A DNA stretch of 64,000 nucleotides from positions 1 through 64,000 of the forward strand of contig JAPDFW010000088.1 of NCBI GenBank assembly GCA_028826165.1, in the 5' to 3' direction. Within the stretch, counting starts at the first letter, position 1, and each line of letters begins with the position of its first letter. The DNA is from Anaeramoeba ignava BMAN (taxonomy: Eukaryota > Protista > Anaeramoebae). Made by a program: the position numbers and the translations under genes. Below, one piece after another: positions 12,301 through 23,492 of the stretch. The notes under the pieces are model-generated. The model was not told the DNA's origin and made no database searches. It saw only the letters and a program-made list of their open reading frames with translations.

Positions 12301-14988
12301 CAAAAAAAGAAATTCAAAAAATTGAAAAAATTCAATTATTTCAATTATTTCCATCTGATTTTTTTGTTGATTTATTAGATGAAAAAATGGGAAAATTAAA
12401 ATCAATTTCAGAAAATTTAACACAAAAAGAAAATGATGTAAATGAAAAACAACAAAAAGTAAAGGAAAAAGAAAATGATTTAAATCAAAATAAAATTGAA
12501 TTAGAAAAAATACAACAAAAAATACAACAAAAAGAAAATGATTTAAATCAAAATAAAACTCAATTACAAAAAAAAGAAAATGAAATAAATCAAAAACAAC
12601 AAAAAGCAAAGGAAAAAGAAAATGAAAATTTACAAAAAGAAAATGAATTAAATGAAAAACAACAAAAAGTAAAGGAAAAAGAAAATGAAAATTTACAAAA
12701 AGAAAATGATTTAAATGAAAAGGAACAAAAAGTAAAGGAAAAAGAAAATGAAAATTTACAAAAAGAAAATGATTTAAATGAAAAGGAACAAAAAGTAAAG
12801 GAAAATGAAAATGAAAATTTACAAAAAGAAAATGAATTAAATCAAAAACAACAAAAATTAGAAGAAAAAGAAAATGGTTTAAATCAAAATAAAACTCAAT
12901 TAGAAAAAAGAGAACAAAAAATACAAAAAAAAGAAAATCATTTAAATCAAAAGGAGCAAAAAGTAAAGGAAAAAGAAAATGAAAATTTACAAAAAGAAAA
13001 TGATTTAAATCAAAGCAAAATTGAATTAGAAAAAAGAGAAAACAAAGTTAGAATAAAAGAAGAAAGAAAAATACAAATTAATTTACAAAATTTTCGAGAA
13101 CAAAAAGAAGGAAAAATTCCTGGTAATTTATTCACTAAATCTAAAATTAAAATCTAAAATTAACATCAAAATTAAACAAAAGAAATTAAAGTTGAAGAAG
13201 ATATTAATATTGAAAAAACAATTCAATGGATGAAAGAATTTCAATTAAATGAAAAAATTCAACAAAATGGATGTTTTATTTTACATAATTTTTCTGTTGG
13301 AGATAATGGTAAAATATTTTTATCCATTTAAAAATTTTTTTGAAATGGGCAATTTATTTGTTAATTCAAATACCAAATAAAAATAAAAAGAAAATAAAAT
13401 TGAAATTAGAAAAAAAGAAGGAATTTCAACAATAATTAAATCAATGAATAATTTCCCAAATAATCAAGATATTCAAAAATATGGAATTTGGGCTTTAAGT
13501 AATATTTCTTTGAATGATGGTAAAATATTTTTATCAATTTAAAAAACTTTTTGAAATAGACAATTTATTTATTAATTTAAATACCAAATAAAAATAAAAG
13601 AAAATCGAATTGAAATTGGAAAAAAAGAAGGAATTTCAACAATAATTAAATCAATGAATAATTTCCCAAATAATCAAGATATCCAACAAAATGGAATTTG
13701 GGTTTTAAAAAATATTTCTTTTAATAATGGTAAAATATTTTTATCAATTTAAAAAACTTTTTGAAATAGACAATTTATTTATTAATTTAAATACCAAATA
13801 AAAATAAAAAGAAAATAAAATTGAAATTGGAAAAAAAGAAGGAATTTCAACAATAATTAAATCAATGAATAATTTCCCAAATAATCAAGATATTCAAAAT
13901 TATTCTTGTCAAATTTTTATTAATATTTCTGTAAATAATGGTAAAATATTTTTATCAATTTAAAAAACTTTTTGAAATAGACAATTTATTTATTAATTTA
14001 AATACCAAATAAAAATAAAAAGAAAATCGAATTGAAATTCGAAAAAAAGAAGGAATTTCAACAATAATTAAATCAATGAATAATTTCCCAAATAATCAAG
14101 ATATTCAAAAATATGGAATTTGGGCTTTAAGTAATCTTTCTTTTAATAAGAGTAAAATATTTTTATCAATTTAAAAAACTTTTTGAAATAGACAATTTAT
14201 TTATTAATTTAAATACCAAAAATAAATAAAAGAAATTCGAATTGAAATTCGAAAAAAAGAAGGAATTTCAACAATAATTAAATCAATGAATAATTTCCCA
14301 AATAATCAAGATATTCAAGAAAATGGAATTTGGGCTTTAAGTAATCTTTCTTTTAATAATGGTAAAATATTTTTATCAATTTAAAAAACTTTTTGAAATA
14401 GACAATTTATTTATTAATTTAAATACCAAAAATAAATAAAAGAAAATCGAATTGAAATTCGAAAAAAAGAAGGAATTTCAACAATAATTAAATCAATGAA
14501 TAATTTCCCAAATAATCAAGATATTCAAAAATATGGAATTTGGGCTTTAAGTAATCTTTCTTTTAATAATGGTAAAATATTTTTATCAATTTAAAAAACT
14601 TTTTGAAATAGACAATTTATTTATTAATTCAAATCCCAAATAAAAATAAAGAAAATCAAATTGAAATTGGAAAAAAAGAAGGAATTTCAACAATAATTAA
14701 ATCAATGAATAATTTCCCAAATAATCAAGATATTCAAGAAAATGGAATTTGGGCTTTAAGTAATCTTTCTTCTAATAATGGTAAAATATTTTTATCAATT
14801 TAAAAAATGAAAATTAAAATGTATTAAATAAATATTCTCAAATTTATAACAAAAAAAAACAAGAAAATCAAAAAGAAATTAAAAGATTAAATGGAAGTGA
14901 ATTAATTAAAAAAGCAATGAATAATTTCCCAAATAATCAAGACATCCAGAAAAAAGGAAATTGGGCACTTGAAAGATTAGAAAAATAA
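6316..14988 (+). CDS. BTB-BACK-coiled-coil-ARM-repeat protein, disrupted by a transposon in exon 1. Coding segments: 6316-6926 + 12029-13122, 13183-13308, 13391-13519, 13601-13729, 13812-13940, 14023-14151, 14233-14361, 14443-14571, 14652-14780, 14864-14988
   Basis: BTB motif (FTDFTIYC...IKCHKIILNARSSFF). Removing 6927-12028 joins ...EICQNFVLK to ISNNLLEKKEISKL... in frame with ORF 12102-13157. Downstream phase-1 GT-AG introns join 43-aa ARM-like exons (ENKIEIRKKEGISTIIKSMNNFPNNQDIQKYGIWALSNIS). Stop TAA at 14986-14988. Confidence 0.85.
6927..6953 (+). repeat. Left terminal inverted repeat (27 bp)
   Basis: AGCCTTCCCCGCAAGCAAAAATATTTT, exact reverse complement of 11998-12024. Confidence 0.97.
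7635..11429 (+). CDS. Transposase-protease fusion (~1,230 aa): N-terminal CxxC..CxxC Zn finger, coiled coil, Kolobok-type DDE transposase, C-terminal Ulp1/SENP-like peptidase. Exons 7635-7785 (one extra A in a poly-A run), 7841-10568, 10606-11429
   Basis: Exon 1 reads MKAITCYICGKK(fs)IPKAQ...KICNRCYRDNLKM, then intron GTATAT...TTTCAG 7786-7840 in frame. Transposase motifs: SHDVAYS (D 8978), SLEG, VHDQN (D 9182), LDPWH (9239-9250), W..SIIFHF..C...C.G, H..GDH..C, STSYNESFFS (E 9668), LAIIDWNQN. A 37-nt intron GTAAAT...TGTAG (10569-10605) joins it in frame to ORF 10749-11429, which has NHHYVCFLID...YLYNT...IQEDGAQCG. Confidence 0.8.
11998..12024 (-). repeat. Right terminal inverted repeat (27 bp)
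   Basis: AAAATATTTTTGCTTGCGGGGAAGGCT followed directly by TTAA. Confidence 0.97.
13309..14800 (+). repeat. Tandem exon+intron duplication units (~210 bp) of the ARM-repeat region
   Basis: Seven 129-nt exons separated by ~80-nt near-identical introns GTAAAATATTTTTATCAATTTAAAAAACTTTTTGAAATAGACAATTTATTTATTAATTTAAATACCAAA...TAAAAG. Confidence 0.95.
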
Positions 14989-15100
14989 GCAAAAAAAGGA
15001 TTTCTTTTTTAATTCTATTTTTTAAAAAAGAAAAAATGAAAACCACAATAACAAAACAATTAGATTTTTTATCCAATTTTGGTTTATTTTGGTTTATTTT

Positions 15101-18059
15101 GGAATTTAAAAATTATTAATAAATTTAAATTTAAAAACAAATTTCCAAATTAATATTAATTCAATTTAATTCAAAAAAAAAGATAAAATTTTAATTTAAA
15201 AAAAATCAATTTTCAAAATATTTTTAAACATAAAATTAAATATTAAATTATTATTTTGATAATAAAATTAAATATTAAATTATATTTTTAAATTAATTTA
15301 TAAATTAAATATTAAATTAAATCTATTCTTATTTTTTATATTTATATGTTAAATATTTAAATAATAAAATATTTAAATCTAAAACATTAAATTATTATTT
15401 TAATAATGGAATTAAATATTAAATTATATTTTTAAATTAATTTATAAATTAAATATTAAATCAAATCTATTTTTATTTTTATATTTATATGTTAAATATT
15501 TAAATAATAAAATATTTAAATCTAAAACATTAAATTATTATTTTAATAATAAAATTAAATATTAAATTATATTTTTAAATTAATTTGTAAATTAAGTATT
15601 AAATTAAATCTATTCTCATTTTTTTATATTTATATGTTAAATATTTAAATAATAAAATATTTAAATCTAAAACAATAAATTATTATTTTAATAATAAAAA
15701 CTAAATATTAAATTATATTTTTAAATTAATTTATAAATTAAATATTAAATTAAACTTATTCCTATTTTTATATTTATATGTTAAATATTTAAATAATAAA
15801 ATATTTACATTTAAAACATTAAATTATTATTTTAAACATAAAAATTAAATATTAAATTATATTTTTAAATTGAATTTATAAATTAAATATTAAATTAAAT
15901 CTATTCTTATTTTTATATTTATATGTTAAATATTTAAATAATAAAATATTTAAATATAAAACATTAAATTATCATTTTAATAATAAAATTAATTTAGAAA
16001 TTATATTTTTAAATTAATTTATAAATTAAATATTAAATTAAATCTATTTTCATTTTTATATTTATATGTTAAATATTTAAATAATAAAATATTTAAATCT
16101 AAAACATTAAATTATAAATTGAATAATAAAATTAAACATAAAATTATATTTTTGAATTAATTTATAAATTAAATATTAAATTAAATCTATTTTCATTTTT
16201 ATATTTATATGTTAAATATTTAAATAATAAAATATTTTAAATCTAAAACATTAAATTATAAATTGAATAATAAAATTAAATATTAAATTATATTTTTAAA
16301 TTAATTTCTAAATTAGATATTAAATTAAATCTATTTTCATTTTTATATTTATATGTTAAATATTTAAATAATAAAATATTTAAATCTAAAACATTAAATT
16401 ATTATTTTAAACATAAAATTAAATATTAAATTATATTTTTAAATTAATTTATTAATTAAATATTAAATTAAATCTATTTTCATTTTTTATATTTATATGT
16501 TAAATATTTAAATAATAAAATATTTAAATCTAAAACAATAAATTATTATTTTAAACATAAAATTAAATATTGAATTATATTTTTAAATTAATTTATAAAT
16601 TAAATATTAAATTAAACCTATTCTCATTTTTATATTTTTATGTTAAATATTTTAATAATAAATCAAATAAATTTAAAAACATTAAATTATTATTTTAATA
16701 ATAAAATTAAATATTAAATTATATTTTTAAATTAATTTATAAATTAGATATTAAATTAAACCTATTCTCATTTTTATATTTATATGTTAAATATTTAAAT
16801 AATAAAAATATTTAAATATAAAACATTAAATTATCATTTTAATAATAAAATTAAATATTAAATTATATTTATAAATTAATTTATAAATTAAATATTAAAT
16901 TAAATTAATCTTCATTTTTTATATTTTTATGTTAAATATTTAAATAATAAAATATTTAAATCTAAAACAATAAATTATTATTTCAATAATAAAATTAAAT
17001 ATAAAATTATATTTTTAAATTACTTTATAAATTAAATATTAAATTAAATCTATTCTTATTTTTTATATTTTTATGTTAAATATTTAAATAAGAAAATATT
17101 TAAATCTAAAACATTAAATTATTATTTTAAACATAAAAATAATTTAAAAATTATATTTTTAAATTAATTTATAAATTAAATATTAAATTAAATCTATTCT
17201 TATTTTTATATTTTTATGTTAAATATTTAAATAATAAAATATTTAAATCTAAAACATTAAATTAATATTTTAATAATAAAATTAATTTAGAAATTATATT
17301 TTTAAATTAATTTATAAATTAAATATTAAATCAAACTTATTCTTATTTTTATATTTATATGTTAAATATTTAAATAATAAAATATTTAAATCTAAAACAT
17401 TAAATTATAAATTGAATAATAAAATTAAACATAAAATTATATTTTTAAATTAATTTATAAATTAAATATTAAATCAAACTTATTCTTGTTTTTATATTTA
17501 TATGTTAAATATTTAAATAATAAAATATTTAAATTTAAAACAATAAATTATTATTTTAATAATAAAATTAAATATTAAATTATATTTTTAAATTAATTTT
17601 TAAATTAAATATTAAATTAAATCTATTTTCATTTTTATATTTATATGTTAAATATTTAAATAATAAAATATTTAAATCTAAAACAATAAATTATCATTTT
17701 AAACATAAAATTAAATATTAAATTATATTTTTAAATTAATTTCCAAATTAAATATTAAATTAAATCTATTTTTATTTTTATATTTTTATGTTAAATATTT
17801 AAATAATAAAATATTTAAATCTAAAACAATAAATTATTATTTTAAACATAAAATTAAATATTGAATTATATTTTTAAATTAATTTATAAATTAAATATTA
17901 AATTAAACCTATTCTCATTTTTTATATTTATATGTTAAATATTTAAATAATAAAATATTTAATTCTAAAACAATAAAGTATCATTTGAATAATAAAATTA
18001 AATATTAAATTATATTTTTAAATTGATTTATAAATTAAATATTAAATTAAATCTATTCC
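15101..18059. repeat. ~144-bp AT-rich tandem satellite, ~19-20 units, preceded by the shared head sequence
   Basis: The marker TATGTTAAA recurs at ~143-145 bp intervals (G at 15348, 15491, 15636, 15780 ... 17790, 17934). Confidence 0.95.
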
Positions 18060-18599
18060 CAATAATTTAATAAAATTGAAGATAAAATTGAAATATTTTA
18101 ATAAATATAAAATTTGAATTTTAATAATTTTAAATAATAAATTAATTTGAATCTGATTCATTTTAAATTTAAATAATATTTTCATTTATTAAATTACTAT
18201 TTTTAATTATTTATTAATCCAATTTTAATTCAAGAAAATAAATTGAAAAAAAGTGGAATAAATATTTTAATAAAGATATAAATTAAATTTTAATATTATT
18301 GAATAATAAATTATAATTAATTTTATTCTTAATTTATCTAGTAATAAATAATTTAAATTTAATTATTATTAATTTCTATTTTCAATTTTTTAAAATTTAT
18401 TATTTTTTTTTTGGATTATTTTTATTAATTAAATTTTTAATAAATATTTTAAATTAAAATTAAATTATTTAAAATTAAATTTGTTTCTTATTTATTATTT
18501 TAAAGAAATTAATTTGATTAAAAGTAAATTAAAATTGAATTAAATTTTGAAAAAAAAAATTAAAAAAAAAAGTTTGATTTTCTTATTATTAATTAATTT

Positions 18600-20339
18600 T
18601 TAAATGAAATAAGATTCAACTTCATCAACAACCCATTTATCATAAGAACCAGCTAAATAACTTTTAGCTTCATTTGATTCATAAGTAATTCCATTAGGCA
18701 GATTATAACTATAACCAAAATCTGAACGACCAGGTTGTAAATTAGAATATAAATAAAAATCATGTCCACCACCAAAATTTGGACCAAAACTTAAACTAGA
18801 AAAAATTGCATAATTTTGTTTATATGTAAACTTTGTAGGTATTCTATCCCCTTTATCATTTCTTAATGAAAAAATAAATGCATTTGAATCATTAATGTAT
18901 TCTCCACTTGAATGTTTAAATCCAACTTGAGTAAAACCTCCAAAAATAAAATTTTGTTTTGTTTTGATAATAACTAATGTTTTTCCTTTCCCATCAACTG
19001 CTTTATGCCAATTTTGAGAATTAAATCCATCTCTTTTTGCTGAAAATCCTTTTTTCATTTTAGAAAAAAAATCATTATCATTTATCCATTCTTGTAATTT
19101 CTTAACATATTCAATATCTTTAACAATTTCTGAATCTGAAAAAATCTTTTGTAATTCCATTAATTCAAATTTGGATTTCAACTCTTCAACTTCTTTCTTC
19201 CATTTATCTTCAATTTCTTTGTTTTTATCTTCAATTTCTTTGTTTTTATCTTCAATTTCTTTCTTCCATTTCTCTTCAATTTCCTTGTTTTTATCTTCAA
19301 CTTCTTTCTTCCATTTATCTTCAATTTCTTTGTTTTTATCTTCAACTTCTTTCTTCCATTTCTCTTCAATTTCTTTCTCTTTGTTTTCAATTTCAATTTT
19401 CATTTGTTGATTTTCTTTCTCTTTGTCTTCAATTTCCTTCTCTTTGTTTTCAATTTCTTTTTGATTATCTTGAATAACTTTGTTTTGAATATCAACTAAA
19501 AAAGATTTAGGAAAAAAATCAAATTGTTTTAATTTATCAAAATCTTGTTTTGAAATTAAATCTTTATCAAATAATGAAAAAAAAGAATGAAATAATCTTT
19601 TCTTTTCAATTCCCTTTTCTTTTTCTTTTTCTTTTTCTTTCTTTCCTTTTAATCTTTGATTTCTTTTTTCAATCCAATTATTTAAAAATTGAAAAAAATC
19701 AAATTGAAAAATTTCTTTTTTTTCTTGTTTAAATTGAATAAATTTGATAATTTCTTCTTTAGTTAAATTGAATAAATTCTCATTATTCTGAATTTGGGAA
19801 AAATTTTTATTTATTAATTCAAAACATTTTATTTCAATTTCATTTGAATTTAAATTTCGATTTTGGAATAAAAATTGGAAAAAATTTGAATAATTAATTG
19901 AATTTGAAATTTTTTTTTGAATAATTTCTTTCAATAAATTTAATTTAAAATAAATTGAAATTTCCATTAATTGAATAAGATTTTCTTGATTCTCAAAAGA
20001 AATATTTCCATAATAAATATAACTCAAAATTGATTCCATTTCTTTTTTATTAAATTGATTTAAAGAAATAGAAAGAGATTCTTGCCTTAATGATTCATTA
20101 AAAAAAGGAGATCTTGAAGATAAAATTGATTTATGAACTTTAATTTCAAAAGGATTTGATTTATTCTCAACAAAAATTGAAAAATCTTTAAATGAATTTC
20201 CATTTAAAAGGTTTGAATAATTTTTAATTAAATTTTTTGTTACTTTTTTTTCTAAATTTTTCATTTCATTTTCAATTTGGTTTTCATTTTGATTTGCATT
20301 TTCAATTTGGTTATTATTGTTATTATTATTATTATCCAT
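18600..20339 (-). CDS. BTB/POZ-coiled-coil-TLDc protein, copy 2 (intact, 579 aa)
   Basis: Single ORF with BTB (DFSIFV...VHKSILSSRSPFF...ILSYIYYG), BACK-like helices, EDKNKEIE coil repeats and a C-terminal TLDc domain. Confidence 0.93.
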   Translation of the reverse strand: MDNNNNNNNNQIENANQNENQIENEMKNLEKKVTKNLIKNYSNLLNGNSFKDFSIFVENKSNPFEIKVHKSILSSRSPFFNESLRQESLSISLNQFNKKEMESILSYIYYGNISFENQENLIQLMEISIYFKLNLLKEIIQKKISNSINYSNFFQFLFQNRNLNSNEIEIKCFELINKNFSQIQNNENLFNLTKEEIIKFIQFKQEKKEIFQFDFFQFLNNWIEKRNQRLKGKKEKEKEKEKGIEKKRLFHSFFSLFDKDLISKQDFDKLKQFDFFPKSFLVDIQNKVIQDNQKEIENKEKEIEDKEKENQQMKIEIENKEKEIEEKWKKEVEDKNKEIEDKWKKEVEDKNKEIEEKWKKEIEDKNKEIEDKNKEIEDKWKKEVEELKSKFELMELQKIFSDSEIVKDIEYVKKLQEWINDNDFFSKMKKGFSAKRDGFNSQNWHKAVDGKGKTLVIIKTKQNFIFGGFTQVGFKHSSGEYINDSNAFIFSLRNDKGDRIPTKFTYKQNYAIFSSLSFGPNFGGGHDFYLYSNLQPGRSDFGYSYNLPNGITYESNEAKSYLAGSYDKWVVDEVESYFI

Positions 20340-20620
20340 TTTGTTTTTTGTTTTTGTGTTTTTGTTTTTTGTTTTAAAAAAAAAAGGAAAAAAATGAAAA
20401 AAAAAATTTAAATAAAAAAATTAATAAAAAAAGTGGATTTTGAAAATAAATAAAAATATAAAAAATGAGAATAAATTTAAATTAATAATTAATTTAATTT
20501 TCTTTTTAATTTATTATTTTAAATTAATTTATTAATAAATTATTATTATTTTTATTAATTTTTATTATTAAAAAAAAAGGAAAATTATTTTAATTTAATT
20601 TTTAATTTAATTTTTTTTTT

Positions 20621-21587
20621 GGAATTTAAAAATTATTAATAAATTTAAATTTTAAAACAAATTTCTAAATTAATATTAATTCAATTTAATTCAAAAAAAA
20701 GATAAAATTTTAATTTCAAAAATCAATTTTCAAAATATTTTTAAATAATAAAATATTTAAATCTAAAACATTAAATTATTATTTTAATAATAAAATTAAA
20801 TATTAAATTATATTTTTAAATTAATTTATAAATTAAATATTAAATTAAATCTATTCTTATTTTTTTATATTTATATGTTTAATATTTAAATAATAAAATA
20901 TTTAAATCTAAAACAATAAATTATTATTTTAATAATAAAATTAAATATTAAATTATATTTTTAAATTAATTTATAAATTAAATATTAAATTAAATCTATT
21001 TTTATTCTTTTTATATTTATATGTTAAATATTTAAATAATAAAATATTTAAATCTAAAACAATAAATTATTATTATAAACATAAAATTAAATAATAAATT
21101 ATATTTTTAAATTAATTTATAAATTGAATATTAAATTAAATCTATTCCCATTTTTTTATATTTATATGTTAAATATTTAAATAATAAAATATTTAAATCT
21201 AAAACAATAAATTATTATTTTAATAATAAAATTAAATATTAAATTATATTTTTAAATTAATTTATAAATTAAATATTAAATTAAATCTATTTTTATTTTT
21301 TATATTTATATGTTAAATATTTAAATAATAAAATATTTAAATATAAAACATTAAATTATTATTTTAATAATAAAATTAAATATTAAATTATATTTTTAAA
21401 TTAATTTATAAATTAAATATTAAATTAAATCTATTCTCATTTTTTATATTTATATGTTAAATATTTAAATAATAAAATATTTAAATCTAAAACATTAAAT
21501 TTTTATATTAAACATGAAACTAAATATTAAATTATATTTTTAAATTAATTTATAAATTAAATATTAAATTAAATCTATTCTCATTTT
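20621..21587. repeat. Third array (~5-6 units) of the ~144-bp satellite with head sequence
   Basis: Head at 20621; marker G at 20877, 21023, 21168, 21312, 21456. Confidence 0.92.
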
Positions 21588-21726
21588 GAAATAATAAAAA
21601 CTGAATTTTTTTGTATCATTTTGATTGATTTCTTTTATTAAAAAAAATGTATTTATTGAAAAAAAAATATTTTGCTTGATTTGATTGTTTTTGTTTTGTT
21701 GAAAAATGAAAAAATGAAAATAATTC

Positions 21727-23192
21727 TTATTTCAGTCTTCTTGCTTCTCTTTCTGATTCTAAAAGAACGAGGATATCACCTTTTTTAATAGGACCTTTAA
21801 CATTACGAATAATAGATCGAGTTGGATCTTTAAGAAAATCAACTCTTACTTGAGTAACTCCACCAGTGTTTCCAGTTCTTCCAAGAATTTTAGTAACTCT
21901 TGCTAATTGGCCTTCACCTTCAGTAATTGAATCATCTTGTTCTTGATCTACTTTGTCATCTTTTCCTTTACCTTTTCCTTTTGTTACTTTTCCTTTTCCT
22001 TTTCCTTTTTTTTCCTATTTAAAAATTTTTGAGTTTATAATATGAATATTTCTTTTACAATTCTTTTATAATTCTTTTTTAAATTCATTTTTGAATTCTT
22101 TTTATAATTCATTTTTAAATTCTTTTTTAAATTCTTTTTTATAATTCTTTTTATAATTCATTTTTGAATTCTTTTTTAAATTCATTTTTGAATTCTTTTT
22201 TAAATTCTTTTTTGAATTTAGTTATTAATTCTTTTTTGAATTTAGTTATTAATTTTGTTAATAATTTTATTATTAAATTAATTATTAATTTTGTTATTAA
22301 ATTTATTATTAAATTTATTATTAAATTTATTATTAAGTTTGTTATTAAATTTGTTATTAAATTTATTATTAATTTTATTAATTTTGTTATTAATTTTATT
22401 ATTTAATTTATTATTAAATTTATTATTAAATTTTATTATTAATTTTGTTATTAAATTAATTATTAATTTTTATTATTAAATTTGTTATTAAATTTGTTAT
22501 TAAATTTGTTATTAAATTTATTATTAATTTTGTTATTAATTTTTGTTATTAATTTTGTTATTAATTTTGTTATTAAATTAATTATTAAATTAGTTATTGA
22601 TTTGTTATTAATTTTGTTATTAATTTTGTTATTAAATTAATTATTAAGTTTATTATTAAATTTGTTATTAAATTTGTTATTAAATTTATTATTAAATTTG
22701 TTATTAATTTTGTTATTTAATTTATAATTAAATTTGTTATTAAATTTATTATTAAATTTGTTATTAAAATTATTATTAAATTAATTATTAATTTTTATTA
22801 TTAAATTTATTATTAAATTTATTATTAAATTATTTTTTTTTTGTTATTAAATTTATTATTAATTTTGTTATTAAATTAATTATTAATTTTTGTTATTAAA
22901 TTTATTATTAAATTTATTATTTAATTTTATTATTAAATTTGTTATTAAATTTATTATTAAATTTATTATTAAGTTTATTATTAATTTTGTTATTAAGTTT
23001 GTTATTAAATTTGTTATTAATTTTGTTATTAAATTTATTATTAAGTTTATTATTAAATTTGTTATTAATTTTGTTATTAAATTTATTATTAAATTTATTA
23101 TTAAATTTATTATTTATTTTGTTATTAAGTTTAAAAAAAAATTTTTTTTTATTTCTTTTATTTATTTTTTTTATTTATTTTTTAAATACCAT
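21727..23192 (-). CDS. RPS28: 40S ribosomal protein eS28 (97 aa). Exons 23192-23190 (ATG only) and 22014-21727
   Basis: Minus strand reads ...[59 protein letters not shown], a canonical eS28 sequence. ATG|GTATTT donor at 23189 and TAG acceptor at 22015; exon 2 is 288 nt in phase 0. The first exon is less certain than the core. Confidence 0.93.
22040..23130. repeat. Intronic ~12-bp tandem repeats (TTATTAAATTT[A/G]; AATTC[A/T]TTTTT) in the RPS28 intron
   Basis: Visible periodic repeat; it generates the spurious FIIK/LLNL ORFs. Confidence 0.9.
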
Positions 23193-23492
23193 TTTATATT
23201 TATTTTTATTTGAATTAAAACGATAAAAATGAAAATTAAAAAATTTTTTTTTTCTTTTTTTTTTTAATAATTACTAATTTTTAAAAAATCTTTATTAATT
23301 TTTTGTATAAAATTATTAATTTTTAATTTTTTTTTCTCTTTAATAAAATTAATTAAATTAAAAGAAGTACAATAGAATAATTTTAAAATTAATATTGAAT
23401 TTAAAATTTATGGGAAAGATTGATTAAATAAAGAATTAAATCTTTAAATTTTTTTAAAAATAAAAATTCATTTTTTTTTGCTTTTTTTTTGA

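Noticed and set aside
15101-18059. CRISPR array or organellar AT-rich insert
   Set aside because: Units are contiguous tandem copies with no unique spacers, there are no cas or organellar genes, and the context is eukaryotic.
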